From: Octopus vulgaris
Lineage: Eukaryota
Reading direction: 5' to 3'
DNA: 64,000 nt
Assembly (NCBI GenBank): GCA_951406725.2
Contig: OX597820.1
Coordinates: 111,910,001 to 111,974,000 of the forward strand
Shown here piece by piece: positions 52,667 to 64,000 of this stretch. The notes below the pieces were generated by a model. The model did no database searches and was not told the DNA's origin. It saw only the letters and a program-made list of their open reading frames with translations. The position numbers were made by a program, and so were the translations under genes. Positions within the stretch are counted from its first letter, which is position 1, and each line of letters begins with the position of its first letter.

Positions 52667-55418
52667 TGTTATGCATTGTTTTGTTTGTGATGGGATGATA
52701 GACAACTCAATGAAGGCATTATTATTGTTTTACGTGTTTATTTACTTTATCTGTTACACGAACTGTCAACATACCAGCGGAGTGATGGTCTGTTTCAATA
52801 TTGAAATGTCTGCCATACAGGTATGTATGGAACTTTTCTCATCCATCCACTACTGCCAGGAGTTCCCTCTCAATATTTGCGTTCCTTGTCTCTGTGGATG
52901 AGAGAGCTTTCGAGGCATATGCAATGGGTTTACCTTCCTGTATCAGTGCTGCGCCAACTCCTCTCATAGAAGCATCAACTTGGAGTATTACTGGTTTGCG
53001 TCTGTCATAGTACTGCAGAATTGTCTCCTTACTGATGAGCTTTTTGATTGCTTTGAAATCCTGTGTGTAAAGCACACCAATCAAACTCTACGTCATCTTT
53101 GTTTAGTTCTCGGAGATTTGCAGTGTGATCGGCCAGCTTGGGTATGAGGGCTTCCATGTAGTGGATGAGTCCCAGGAAGCTCCTGAGTTCCTTCTTGTCT
53201 TTTGGTTCTTTGATGTCTCTGATGGCTTCCACTTTAGCGGGGTCTGGTTTAACTCCCTCTGCAGAGAATATAATTCCAAAGAATTTGCACTCCTTTGCTT
53301 TTGTCACACACTTGTCTGCATTGAGTTTGATACCTGCTTGTCGGGTTTTCTCCATGGCTTCATGTAAATTGAAGTCATGTGTGATCTCATCCTTGCCATG
53401 CACTTGGATGTCATCTGCTATCCAAATTGCTCCCTTGCAGCCTTGGTAGGTCTCATCTATTTGGCGCTGGAAAACATCTTGGCTCACCTTCAATCCAAAT
53501 GGGAGTCGGTTGAATCGATATCTGCCAAATGGTGTGTTGAAGGTAGTGAGCATGGGTGACTCTTTGTCTATCTTTACATTCCAGTACCCATTACTGGCAT
53601 CCAGTTTGCTGAATAACTTGAATCCAGCTAATGATGGTGTGATTTCTTCAAGGGTTGGAATTGGATGGTACTCTCTTTTTAATGCCTTCTTCAGGTCCTT
53701 TGGGTCGAGGCATATCCGTAGGGTACCATTGGGTTTTTCTTTGATTACAATTGAATTCACCCAGTCCGTTGGTTGTGTCACTTTGGTGATTATTTCTTTT
53801 TTTTTCCATCTTGTCCAACTCTGCCTTCAGCTTCTCTTTTAATTCTAGAGGAACGCGGCGAGGTGGGTGAACAATTGGTTTGGCATTGGGGTCGACTGTT
53901 ATATGGCATCGACATTTCACAAAGCACCCGACTATATCATCAAAGCATTCAGGGTACATGCTTACCAGTTCTTCTTTATTTGTGATTGGTGGTCGGTCTT
54001 TGATAGGCATATCTGTCAATCCTGCTCGGCGCTGCCTTCACTTCACCATTGATTGACACAATATTAAGCTTTTGACAGGTATTAAGTCCGAGAATTGCTG
54101 GTCCTTTTGTTCTTGCGACATAAAAAGAACACTTGATTGTTTCCCCTTTGTGTGTTCCTGTGATTGTTGTTTTGCCCAGTTGTGGAATCCTGGTACCGCC
54201 GTATGCAGTGAGGATTACATCACTTGGTGTGAGGATTCCTTCTTTGACTTTATCCTCTTGTGTCATGTGTTCTGGGAATATCTTTTTGTAGAGGTTATCA
54301 GGCAAGATATCACTCTGGTCTCCAGTGTCAATCTTTAGCCTTAAGTCAATGTTCATTCGTTTCTTGCCAGACTTCTTTTGTATTTGTATCGTTGTGTATG
54401 CCTCATTTTTTTTCTTCTGGTCGTCATTTCCCATCTCATGCACATTTATTGTGCCGACTGCCAAGAATTCTTCCTCTGAAGTGTTTTGTTCCTGTTGTTG
54501 GGCATGTATATTTCTTTGTCTTCTCTTTCCGCTCCTCTTTGAAAATTGGGGCTTGTATTTCTGAGATTTTGTTAGTCTACACATTTTTTTCCCAGTGGTT
54601 GGGTTTTCCACATGCTTTGCAGTGTGTACCGAATGCAGGACATTTCTTCCGGTTATTGAACTCGTGCTCCGTACCACAGTACTGGCATATTCTTTGTTTG
54701 TGGGTATGTTTCGTCCTATGTCTAGATACAATATCTACACTGCTGCCTAGTGTGTTTTTTTGTAGAGTGAGGCCATTTGTTTAGTAGTGGCTTCGAGTGT
54801 TCTTGCAGTGTCTACTGCTTCTATCAACTGGAGAGCGTCCTTACCTATGGGGGATTTCTGGACTTCTTTATGAGCACACCCCCATAATAGTTGATCAACA
54901 ATTCTTTCGTCCTTGTCTTTGAATTTGCATTTTTCGGCAACATCCTTTAGTCTGGACAGGAAATTGTCAATCGTTTCTTGTGGGTCTTGTTTCAGGCCCT
55001 GGAATTCGTATCTATGAATTCTATGGTTTGATCTGAGCTCTAGGTACCTTTCAAATTTCTCTAAAAGTGTGTCTGGGTTATTGCAATCCGATTCTGACAT
55101 GTCCCAGCTATTGAATAGGTCTAGACCCTCTTCTCCCGTCCATAAAAGGATGTAGCTTACCTTTTCATCGGCAGTTGTACCTTTCAGGAAGCTTTTGAAA
55201 GCCAGTTGAGTTTCTCTTTGAATTTCTTGAACGCTTCCACGATATCGTCGGCATTCCATGTAAATTCATCTGTATGGCGACGGGGGTCCCCATTTTGGAT
55301 CCTCGTGTGTGTGTGTCCGAAGACGAAGCGATGTTTAGTTTGTTAAATTTCTGGTTCGTTGTGTTCCTGTCTTGTTGTAAAGGCACAGTTTCCGATTAGT
55401 TATTTACCGCTGCCACCA
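52667..55418 (-). mobile_element. Ty3/Gypsy LTR retrotransposon internal fragment (PBS-gag-PR-RT-RNaseH plus LTR-like end; no integrase, no 5' LTR)
   Basis: Gag (KVSYILLWTGEEG...QDPQETIDNFLSRL), protease LKIDTG, RT LRICLDPKDL/LDASNGYW/RLPFGL/ADDI, RNase H VDAS..GVGAAL/IERELLAV/TDH. Ends AATAAA...AACA. Confidence 0.92.
55406..55418 (-). promoter_or_regulatory. Primer-binding site, probably tRNA-Leu
   Basis: Minus strand TGGTGGCAGCGGT, complementary to the ...ACCGCUGCCA-CCA 3' end of eukaryotic tRNA-Leu; lies just upstream of gag. Confidence 0.75.
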
Positions 55419-56559
55419 GGGTATGACATTTATGCTTTCTAAGTCAATTTGAACACGGAACTGCATACTCATACCCAACCAGTTTTGGCCGTGCAATTTG
55501 TGTATTTCCAAAGTAGTGGTATTGTCTTCTATGTCGAAGAGAACAGCTGCCACTAGCTAGCATATATTCAGTTCGGGCGGCACTTGCTCAAATTTTATTT
55601 TGGTTACGCGCCGACCAAGGTATGTCGGCACGAGTAGCAAGTCTTCAGTTTTCAAAGGTGTCGTAGAATGCTCCTTTTTGCATCCCCTTCAATTGGGAAG
55701 CGAACTTCTACTGTTCCAAATCGCTTGGTGACGAAGGACTTTCTGCCCCATATGGGCTTCAGTGCTATCTCCAATTACTGTGGAGTGGCCCCTTCAATTT
55801 TTTATGTTTCACATTGAATATTTTATATATCATTGTCCTTTTGTTGGTCTGTTGTATGAGTTGTAGTGGAATGTTAAGGAAGACATTGTTCCCATCTTTC
55901 CTTAACAACTCCTTTGCACTTTTTATTTCATCCATTGTAACTTTGATTTCCTCTGAGATTTGCTTAGCTGTGGATGCGAAACCGTTACAATGGGTTTTGT
56001 AGGTGGTGTTGTTGGTGTTGGCTTTTGCGGTATTTGTGTTATTTCTCTCTTCCTCCTTCTCTGGTATAGGAGCAATAGTGGTGGTGAGAGCAGGGAAATG
56101 TAGATTCAAAAGGCGGTCCAAAGAACAGCTTTCATTTTCATCAGTAGCGCTGCACGAGGTGGAAAGCTGATTGTCTTTAACTTCATTGCATTTTAAGGCG
56201 AGAATCGGTTGGAGCGTGTTATTATTTGACGTCCAACTTGACTTGTCGTCCGTTTGCAGGGGGTGTGGTGGACAAAGAAGGGAACAGCTTACTGTTCTCT
56301 TCGAAGACATTTTGACAAAATTGAAAACTTTCAATGTAAAATTTCAAATTTTAAAACGAAAATTTCGCCCCTAAAAGGGGGAAATTCCTTCTAACCGACT
56401 AGCTCCGCAAGAACCTAGTCGGCTTGGCTACATGAATATTCACGAATATACAAATGTTACACAATATTTCCAATAAAAATTGGCCAAAAACTTACAGCTT
56501 CTGGAGAACGTCTGTCCGCTTTGAAAACAACAACAACAACAACAACAACAATAACAACA

Positions 56560-56975
56560 CAGCAGAAGAAGAAGTGGAAAAAGTTTGGAAAGAAATATGG
56601 TCGGCTAAGAAACAACTTCCAAAGATCTTTCAAAATAACAAACACAGCTCCTGTAACAACAGAAGATGTCATCCAGGCACTGTAAAAACTAATATAGTCC
56701 TGAAATACTGGGGGAGAGGGTACTGATAAACATTGCAATCCATTCTGAACAAAATATTGTTAAAAAAGAAGTGGAGAAATTGTCAAAGTACGAAATTGAA
56801 GAATTCAAAATGTGGAGCATGAAGGTAAAAACAATAGCAATAATAATTGGAGCATTGGGCACGATAAAAAAAAACATATGAACAAAAGCTATACTTGGAT
56901 CCTCAATACTACACACTGTTAAAAAATTAGCCCTGCTAGGGACAGTCCACATCCTATGCAAGACACTAGCAATCC
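56560..56975 (+). mobile_element. R4/Dong-like (RLE-type) non-LTR element remnant
   Basis: IAIHSEQNIVKKEVEKLSKY...MW..K...IIIGALGTI...LALLGTVHIL.K.L is the typical C-terminal restriction-like endonuclease region. Confidence 0.65.
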
Positions 56976-57286
56976 TATAATACAGCCTAAACAAAACAAC
57001 CCACAACTACAAGACACACTCTATACATCATTTACCCAGTGAAATAAACACCCATCAGAAAGCTAGAAAGCCAAAGCATTATACACTCAACACACAATAC
57101 AAGCAGTTACATAACAAAAGACAGCACCACACCTCAAGGAAAAGCTAACACAATACAGTACTGGAAAGAGTCTACACATTCTCAGGAGAAGAAAAGAACA
57201 CACAATGTTGCACACACCCCAGCAACACGGAGGTGTAGCAGGTGATGCAGTAGAAATTTGCTTCAATCTATCAAATATTGAACAGT

Positions 57287-57289
<3 letters not shown>

Positions 57290-57349
<60 letters not shown>

Positions 57350-59330
57350 TCTTTTTATTGTCCACAAGGGCTGACACACATGATTAGAAAACATTAAGGG
57401 AAAAAACAGGATGAAAGGTTACAAAGGGTTTGTCCGTTTGTGAAAAAATCGTGTAAAAACAGTGTAACAATCAAATAATATAACAACGAAAAACTCCCAA
57501 TAGGGGGAGGCATTACGAAAGGTTCCTGGTGGAAAAAACCCATAAAAGCCAACGGGAGCCTGGTCAAAAGGGGGGTAGGGAGCCCCTTTCTCCTTTTTCA
57601 ATTACAGGCGAAACCTCAGAATTGGTCCATTTATACTGGCCATTCTTGCACAATTCACCCACCTTTCAGAAAACTTGCTATCAGACAGCACTCTCCTCTC
57701 TAACCTCATCTTCCTTTTCAAGTGAAACTTGAAAAAGTTGATGAGGCCTTGACCAAAGAGGAAAGTATCTGACTTTAGCCCTTTCAAACGGGTCCACCAT
57801 ACAACCTCTTTTGCCACAGCCACTAGGCAGAGGAAAACGGCCTTGCCCTCCTTGTTAAAGGAGGTCGGTGGGGCAATCCTCACTATGGATTCAGCTGATA
57901 GCCGGATCCGTCCTATACGTGATAGTAGCCGTTCGACATAAACCCATAGTTCAGCAATACTCGGGCACTGGACGAGTGCGTGCAAAACGGGTTCATCGTC
58001 CTGGCAACATATGTGGTATCTTGGTTTTCTACCCTCTATCATCACTGATAGTGAGTGCCATTCAAGAGATACTTCATCAATATATGGTTGGTTAGTTTGT
58101 ATGGTCAGTTCCATACCTATACCTGACCAGTTTTATAGCAGTATTTTCTTTACCTCCAAGATAGTCACCTCTTCCTCTATAGCTACCAAGGTGGATGCTA
58201 CCATTCAGGTAATGGATATTTCTGGTGGCATGTTTATTACCCTAACTTTAGCAAGGCATTGGTCACAATAGCTAAGGATTAAGAAGAATTATTCATTTCT
58301 CAATGTCATTGTGAAATGAATCCTGGCTTCTTCTTCAGTCCAAAATCTCCCTTCAATCAACCAAAACTTCTTTCCTCGAGTGGTATGGGTGTTGTATTCT
58401 CACATGTACCCAAGGTGTTTTTGAATTTGGGTCTCAGTTGCATTTTCCACCTGGTTCAATTTTGCACTGTTGCAGCAGTATGTAACAGCCCATCTCAAAA
58501 TGTTTCTGACCACCTCGGGTGGAGGGTTGAGAGCTGCTCCTCTCATTTCTTTTTTACAATTTTTTTGGTTCATAATTCTTTTTCTATGGAGAAATCTTCC
58601 AGATTTCTTTTTTTTTTTAGGTTTATCATAGGTATTGTTGATGCTGTTGCTGTTGCTGTTGAGTGAACGGTCTTTGTCCCAGAGCTCGCAAGATGGGAGA
58701 AGTCCGAAACGTGGTCCTTTTGCAAGTTGTAAGACCCACAGAAGAGAAAGCAGGTCAACCCCTGACACCGAGAGCATCGACGGATGGATGAATGCGCATC
58801 CAGGCTCAGCGGTTGTGTAGGAAGTCAGGGACAAGAAACAGGAAGAAAGAGTGAGAGAAAGTTGGAGCGAAAGAGTACAACAGAGGTCGCCACCACCCCC
58901 TGCCGGAGCCTCGTAGAGCTTTAGGTGTTTTCGCTCAATAAACACACACAACATCCAGTCTGGGAATCGAAACCGCGAGTCCGCTGCCCTAACCACTGGG
59001 CCATTGCACCTCCACTGCTGTTGCTGTAGATGTCCATGTTGTTGTTGATGTTGTTATTGGAACTGTCAAATTGTTGATTTTCGAACTGTCAAATGTTTTG
59101 AAGCTGTTAACAGACAAAAATGATTACCTTCTGTGTTTGTTTTATCTGGCGTGGCAGTGATGTCGTTTACTGTAGTCAATGCTCCACCAGTATTCTCTTG
59201 CTTTACAAACAAGGAATGTGTCCTATCACTGAACATTATGATTAGATCTTTCTCCACCATGTTCCAAAATATTTAGAAAATAGCAAAATATTTGCTTTTT
59301 CTAAATAATTCAAGAAAGTTAAAAATTATT
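57290..59330 (-). mobile_element. Internally deleted Tx1-like LINE (ORF1 fused to the ORF2 C-terminus)
   Basis: (TTA)n tail at 57290-57346. ORF 57602-58114 joins ORF1 ...SVMIEGRKPRYHIC to ORF2 C..DDEPVLHALVQCP...ERWVN. Degraded ORF1 continues to about 59260. Confidence 0.75.
58654..59015 (-). repeat. tRNA-derived SINE with the same head as 31662 and a different 3' half
   Basis: Head gtggagg.gcaatggcccagtggttagggcagc.gactcgcggtttcgattcccagac; TSD-like tgctgttgctgt at 58642-53 and 59016-27. Confidence 0.8.
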
Positions 59331-59559
59331 GATGTGCACTCCCTGCAAAACAGAAATACTACCAGCACAGTCCAGGCAATGTTAAAAACAAGGCTGTATC
59401 AATTAAAATTAATGAACCAAGACTTAACAGGCTGAAATGATTGAAAATACACTTATGACTTATGGAGCTTCAAGTTTCTGTGTCTTTCCAATATGACAGC
59501 TGCAATAATAACAACAACAATATTTTCTTGACATACCTACACAAGTCTTCTCTCTGCAC

Positions 59560-60210
59560 CCAAATTTGTTTCTTCATAACTTCGAAAAAAATGATTGCAT
59601 TTTTTAAATGAAATTATCTGCAAATATGCTTCAGATGGTGCATATCCTGATTATATTGGAACCTGTTGTGAAAAAGTTTCCCAATGATGGTGAGAGGAAT
59701 TTTGAAAAATTCACAGTAGTCATTTGTTTCCTCATAACTTTCTGAAAAATGGATATTTTTTTAATAAAATTTTCCATAAACACCTTTCAGATGGTGTATA
59801 TTATGATCATATTGGAATTTAATATGAAAAACAAAAAATTGGTAGGCTCACACACATATACTGAGTTACATCACAAAATGAAATTTGAAATTTTGAAAAA
59901 ATTGTGATGTGTGTCAGTATGTATGTGTGTGAGCTCTCCAATATTTTTCATATTAAATTCTGAAATATATACTTTTTATCTGAAAGGCATTTGTAAAAAA
60001 ATTTCATAAAAAATACCCATTTCTTTGAAAGTTATGAGGAAACAAAGTCAAATTTGTGCATTTTCAGGAACTCCTCTCCCCACTCTCAAAAAAATTACTT
60101 TTATAACAAATTCCTATATAACCAGAATCTGCTCCATCAGAAGCATATTTGTAAAAAAAAAAATTCATTGAAAAATATCCATATTCCTGGATGTTATGAG
60201 GAAACAAAGT
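59560..60210. mobile_element. Degraded palindromic MITE/foldback
   Basis: tttgtttc(t/c)tcataacttt occurs twice on the left and gttatgaggaaacaaa twice on the right, in inverted orientation around about 59880. Confidence 0.6.
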
Positions 60211-60349
60211 GGTGGAGGAACACTTGTGTAAGTATGCCATTTTCATTATTAACTACAAAAGGTTTACATTAAGAAACTCATTCAGGATGGCACAGGACAA
60301 AACAATGAGAGTGTGCATGTGTGTTTGAGTGTTTTGCATGTAAAAAAGA

Positions 60350-63300
60350 ATTTAAAAAAACTTTTAATAATGAGTGTTCTTGAATAGCAAGATGTTGGAG
60401 GACTGCTCATGGAAAACCCCCATAAAATCATGGGTGCCCTGGCTTCAAGGGCAGATGCCTTTTCTCAGTTCTTTATCTCCAACTGACATGCATATGCTCA
60501 TGGCAGATTTGTTTGCACCCCCATGCACATCACTCAACCACCTTTCAACAAAATGGCTGGAAGGCAATACTTCCCTCTCCTCTCTTATTTTCCTCTTCAA
60601 GTGAAACTTGAAGAAGTTGATGAGGGATTGGCCAAAGAGGAAAGTGTTTGTCTTCAGCCTTTAATCACATCCATCATGCAACTTCTTTCATCATGGCCAC
60701 CAGGTATATAAAAACTGTTTGCACTTCTTGTTTAAAAGAAGGTGGTGAGGCGATTTTCACAATGGATTCAGTTGATAACTGGATCTGTCCTACAAGCTGT
60801 AGCAAGTAGGACATAAACCCACAGGTCAGGAATGCTTAAGCACTGGATGAGTGTGTGCAGGATGGTTTTGTCACCCTGTGCACATCTCAGGAATGTTTTG
60901 CTGATGGTACTTCCATACCTAAAGAGTTTATCTTAAACCAGCAATTCTCTCCAGTAGCACTGCCAGCCAGGGATTTCTGGAAGTTATCCATTGGCTCTGG
61001 GCTGAAATTTCTCCAGAAGAGAGTGGCTAGTTGATTATCTTTGATGGCCAGGGTCTCCCAAAGAAAGTCATCACACCTTCCTGCCACTGATCTTCAACAG
61101 AACACTAAAGCAGATTTTCCACCTAATGCAGTGCTTGACTGGCTGAAGGTTGGGAGCATTTGAAGACATTTCACTTTCCAAATACTCTCTGTCAGTCTCT
61201 GCTTGGTTCAGGACTTCAAATCCACCAAAGAGACAAGCTGGAGGTACACACAGACAGCAATCAAGAAAGTGCTGGAGATGTCATAGCCTCAGTGCATGTT
61301 TGTGCATCAACAGCTATGGCATGCCCAATCCACCATGCAGCAAATGTTGACAATAAATGGATTGTCTGACCATGGGAAGGTGTCCCTTTCACCACAAGCA
61401 AAAGAGTATATGCTCCAGTGCAACCAGATGGGGACCAGGACAAGGCATGACAGTCAAGCAGGAACAACGTTGGCAGAATAATTGCAGGATTTTGTGCAGT
61501 TCCGAGGTGTGCATTGCAGTGATCATTTCCCTGAATACGAATCCAAAAGTCTTGAGGACTGCCACTAGGTACAGATGGTTGACCCTATAGAAAGCTGGTG
61601 GTAGTGGCCACCTTGGTGACTATAGAGGAAGAGGTGACTATCTTGTGGGTAAAGAAAATACTGCTATAAAACTGGTCAGGTATAGGTATGGAACTGACCA
61701 TACAAACTAACCAACCATATATTGCTGAAGTATCTCTTGAATGACACTCACCTATTAGTGATAATGGAGGGTAGAAAACCAAGATATCACATATCTTTCT
61801 ATAGACCATCAGACCATCGATGACAAGTACCAATCTTGTAGCTAACACCTTGGCCAAAATTTTGAACATTGCATTTAGCAGAATTATGGGCCTAAAATTA
61901 TCAATATAGTCTCTTTTGTTTGGGTCTTTCCTCAGCAGTGCCACCACTTCTTGGCTTATAAAAACTGAGAATTCTCCATTCTGTTGTCAGTTGCAGTAAA
62001 CATTTGCCAAGAGGTCACCAAACAAATCTGGCAGCTTACCTTTTATCAATTAATTTTTGGCACTTTGAATTACTTTCAAATATTAGCTGGGGTGCTACAA
62101 GGAGATATGCTTGCACCATATCTGTTTGTAATTGTATTGGTTTCATCACAGACCAGCAATGATCATGGAGTACCAGCAGTAATCATCACAGACCTAGACT
62201 TCACAGATGATACAGCACTCTTATCTAATAGATCACTCATATTTAATAGATCAAGCTCAACAGCTGTTCAGCAGAGTAGAAACTTCAGTTGCAAAGATAG
62301 AACTACACACAAACATCAAGAAAACAGTATACATGTCTTTCAACCAATCAAATGATACTGATTGTTTATTCTGAGTGGTTCCAAATTGTATGTTGCTGAA
62401 GACTTCATTTACTTAGGTGGTTGGGTGAGCAGTTTGGAAGCAGACTCACCACATGTCATGTCTGATTGTTTGAAGTCAGGAAGTGACATGTTATGTATTG
62501 GAGTTCAGAGATAACTGGGGGAATCCGTTGTTGCTATGGTAGGAAATGGTGTTGCAGTTGTTGTTGTTGGATTTTCTATTGATATTATAGCTTGCGTTGT
62601 TGCTTTTTGGGCTTTGGTGGCTGTTATTTGTGGATTTCTTGGTACTGTGCGAAGAGAGGCTCTCTTCTCTTCCTCTTTCAATGTTGGGAAGAAGGCTCCT
62701 AGGTGTGTTGTTGAAAGGCAGGTGTGCCACTTGACCTTTCTTTCATCCACTCTAATGGGCATGATGATGCCACTTGGGCGATGTATCTGATCTAGGATAG
62801 CATCTACATTATTTCGATTGGTTTGGATGAGGAGTTCTATCCCCATTACCTATCAGTTCTTTCACTTGGTCAGACAGACATCAACGATTTTTGTTTTCCT
62901 CACTGTCTACCATGACAGCAGCAATTAGCCAAGGAATGGCTATTTCTGGAGGCACCTGCTGGACACAGATTCTTGCTGCAGTAGAAAGGAACTAACAAGA
63001 AATCCTCATTTTTCAGGGGTTTTAGAAGGAGTTTTTGCTTCCTCTTGTTTCAAATCTCATTTCCACTGTTCCATAACCCCTTCCTCTTTGTATATATTCT
63101 TTTAGGTTCCAAAAAGAACCTGACGCTTTTTGGATTTGAGCCTCAGTGGCTATTTCCAACCTTCTCAACTTTAATCCAATCATATGCTATGCCACCGTGT
63201 ACAGTATTTTGGTTAATGTCATCTGTGGTGTTGTGTTTGATGGTTCGTCCATCTTGCTCACTTGACTGACTGTCTGCCCATTTTGATTTCTTCATCAGAA

Positions 63301-63560
63301 CACATGTTTACTCTTTAAAAAGAGAATTTGGTGGCATTAGTGAAAGAGAGACTGGTTTTTTGGCTTGTTGGTCTGTTCTTTCATCGTTGCTGCTTTTGTT
63401 ATTGTTGTTGTTGATTATGGTTTTGTTGTAACAATAGTGTTGACATTATTGATATTTTTGGTATCTGATTCTGAGATGAAGTTTCTGTTTTTCTGACATG
63501 CTGCAGAGCCTCCAAGAAAACTTTTAGGATTGTTCCATCAACTATCAACATGGAACTTGC
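60350..63560 (-). mobile_element. Third, older Tx1-like LINE, rearranged
   Basis: ORF2 C-terminus and RT pieces (KDPNKRDYIDNFRPIILLN, KILAKVLATRL). ORF1 piece GIELLIQTN...IRVDERK at 62505-62846, homologous to the other two ORF1s. Confidence 0.75.
62050..62440 (+). mobile_element. Unrelated RTE-type RT fragment inserted in the Tx1 copy
   Basis: FQILAGVLQGDMLAPYLFVIVL...ITDLDFTDDTALLS...VAEDFIYLG. Confidence 0.7.
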
Positions 63561-64000
63561 AGAATATTTCTTCTTTTTGGCTCCTTGAATCTATAAAGGT
63601 ATTGTAAAAGTATTTATTTTGCTGTATAGTGAAGAGGTCAATGTCCAAGGATTTTCAGGTTTTAAAGTTTTTCTAAATGTCACACATTGATTTCTACAGT
63701 TCGGAACTACCATAAAAATGGGAATTTCCATTTTAGGCCATTTTCAGAGGATGACCATTGATATTTAGAGTTTTTTTAAATGCTGTAGTTTTACATTTAT
63801 CTACTCACCATCAGGTGTATTTTTTGAATATATATAGTTTTATATAGTTTCGACTTAGTGATAAGAAGTTATCCTAGTTCAAAAATTGCAGCCCCCCCCC
63901 CATTCACTTGCAGTGAATGAATTCATGTGTTCTGTTAAAATTTACTGTAAGATTAGAGAAGATGGGATGCTCACCAATTGCTGTTGTTAAGTAATAACTA

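Larger units (their letters stand above)
48232..56430 (-). mobile_element. Near full-length Tx1/L1-clade LINE (ORF1 and ORF2), degraded, interrupted by a Gypsy fragment
   Basis: 5' UTR hairpins; ORF1 ATG at 56310 with a VEGQRPK..C..HLKMDCP knuckle and polyQ. ORF2 APE (YAPT, LAGDWNAVLD, YTDHK, GPGYWRLN) and RT (DGLPYEFY, NFRPITLL, LTLEPLL, AYADDVT). (TTG/TTA)n tail at 48232-48400. Confidence 0.88.

Overview
Eukaryotic, AT-rich, repeat-saturated animal DNA. The SINE/RTE repeat set and the (TA)n/(CA)n/(AAT)n microsatellites resemble an octopod cephalopod genome, though this is an inference. The only host gene I can support is a minus-strand TRAF6-like E3 ligase. Two coding exons (11869-11698 and 3809-3653) splice in frame to give the RING finger plus the start of zinc finger 1, and the rest of the gene lies left of the window. 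Everything else is transposon-derived: two Tc1 elements, a mariner, a pogo derivative, two piggyBac deletion derivatives, a telomere-repeat foldback element, a hAT MITE, CR1, several RTE LINEs, Tx1/L1-clade LINEs, an R4/Dong fragment, Penelope-like elements, a Gypsy internal fragment, tRNA-derived SINEs and satellites. The most notable signals are: (1) a type I hammerhead ribozyme with a greatly extended helix II inside an intronic Penelope element; (2) a PHD finger inserted inside the RT domain of the local RTE family; (3) a hairpin-bearing, copy-number-variable 67-bp array in the RTE 3' UTR; (4) an LTR-less Gypsy module starting exactly at its tRNA-Leu PBS inside a Tx1 ORF1; and (5) a templated inverted copy between neighbouring Tx1 elements. 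Most ORFs in the supplied track are microsatellite or antisense artefacts. Coordinates of degraded repeats are approximate.
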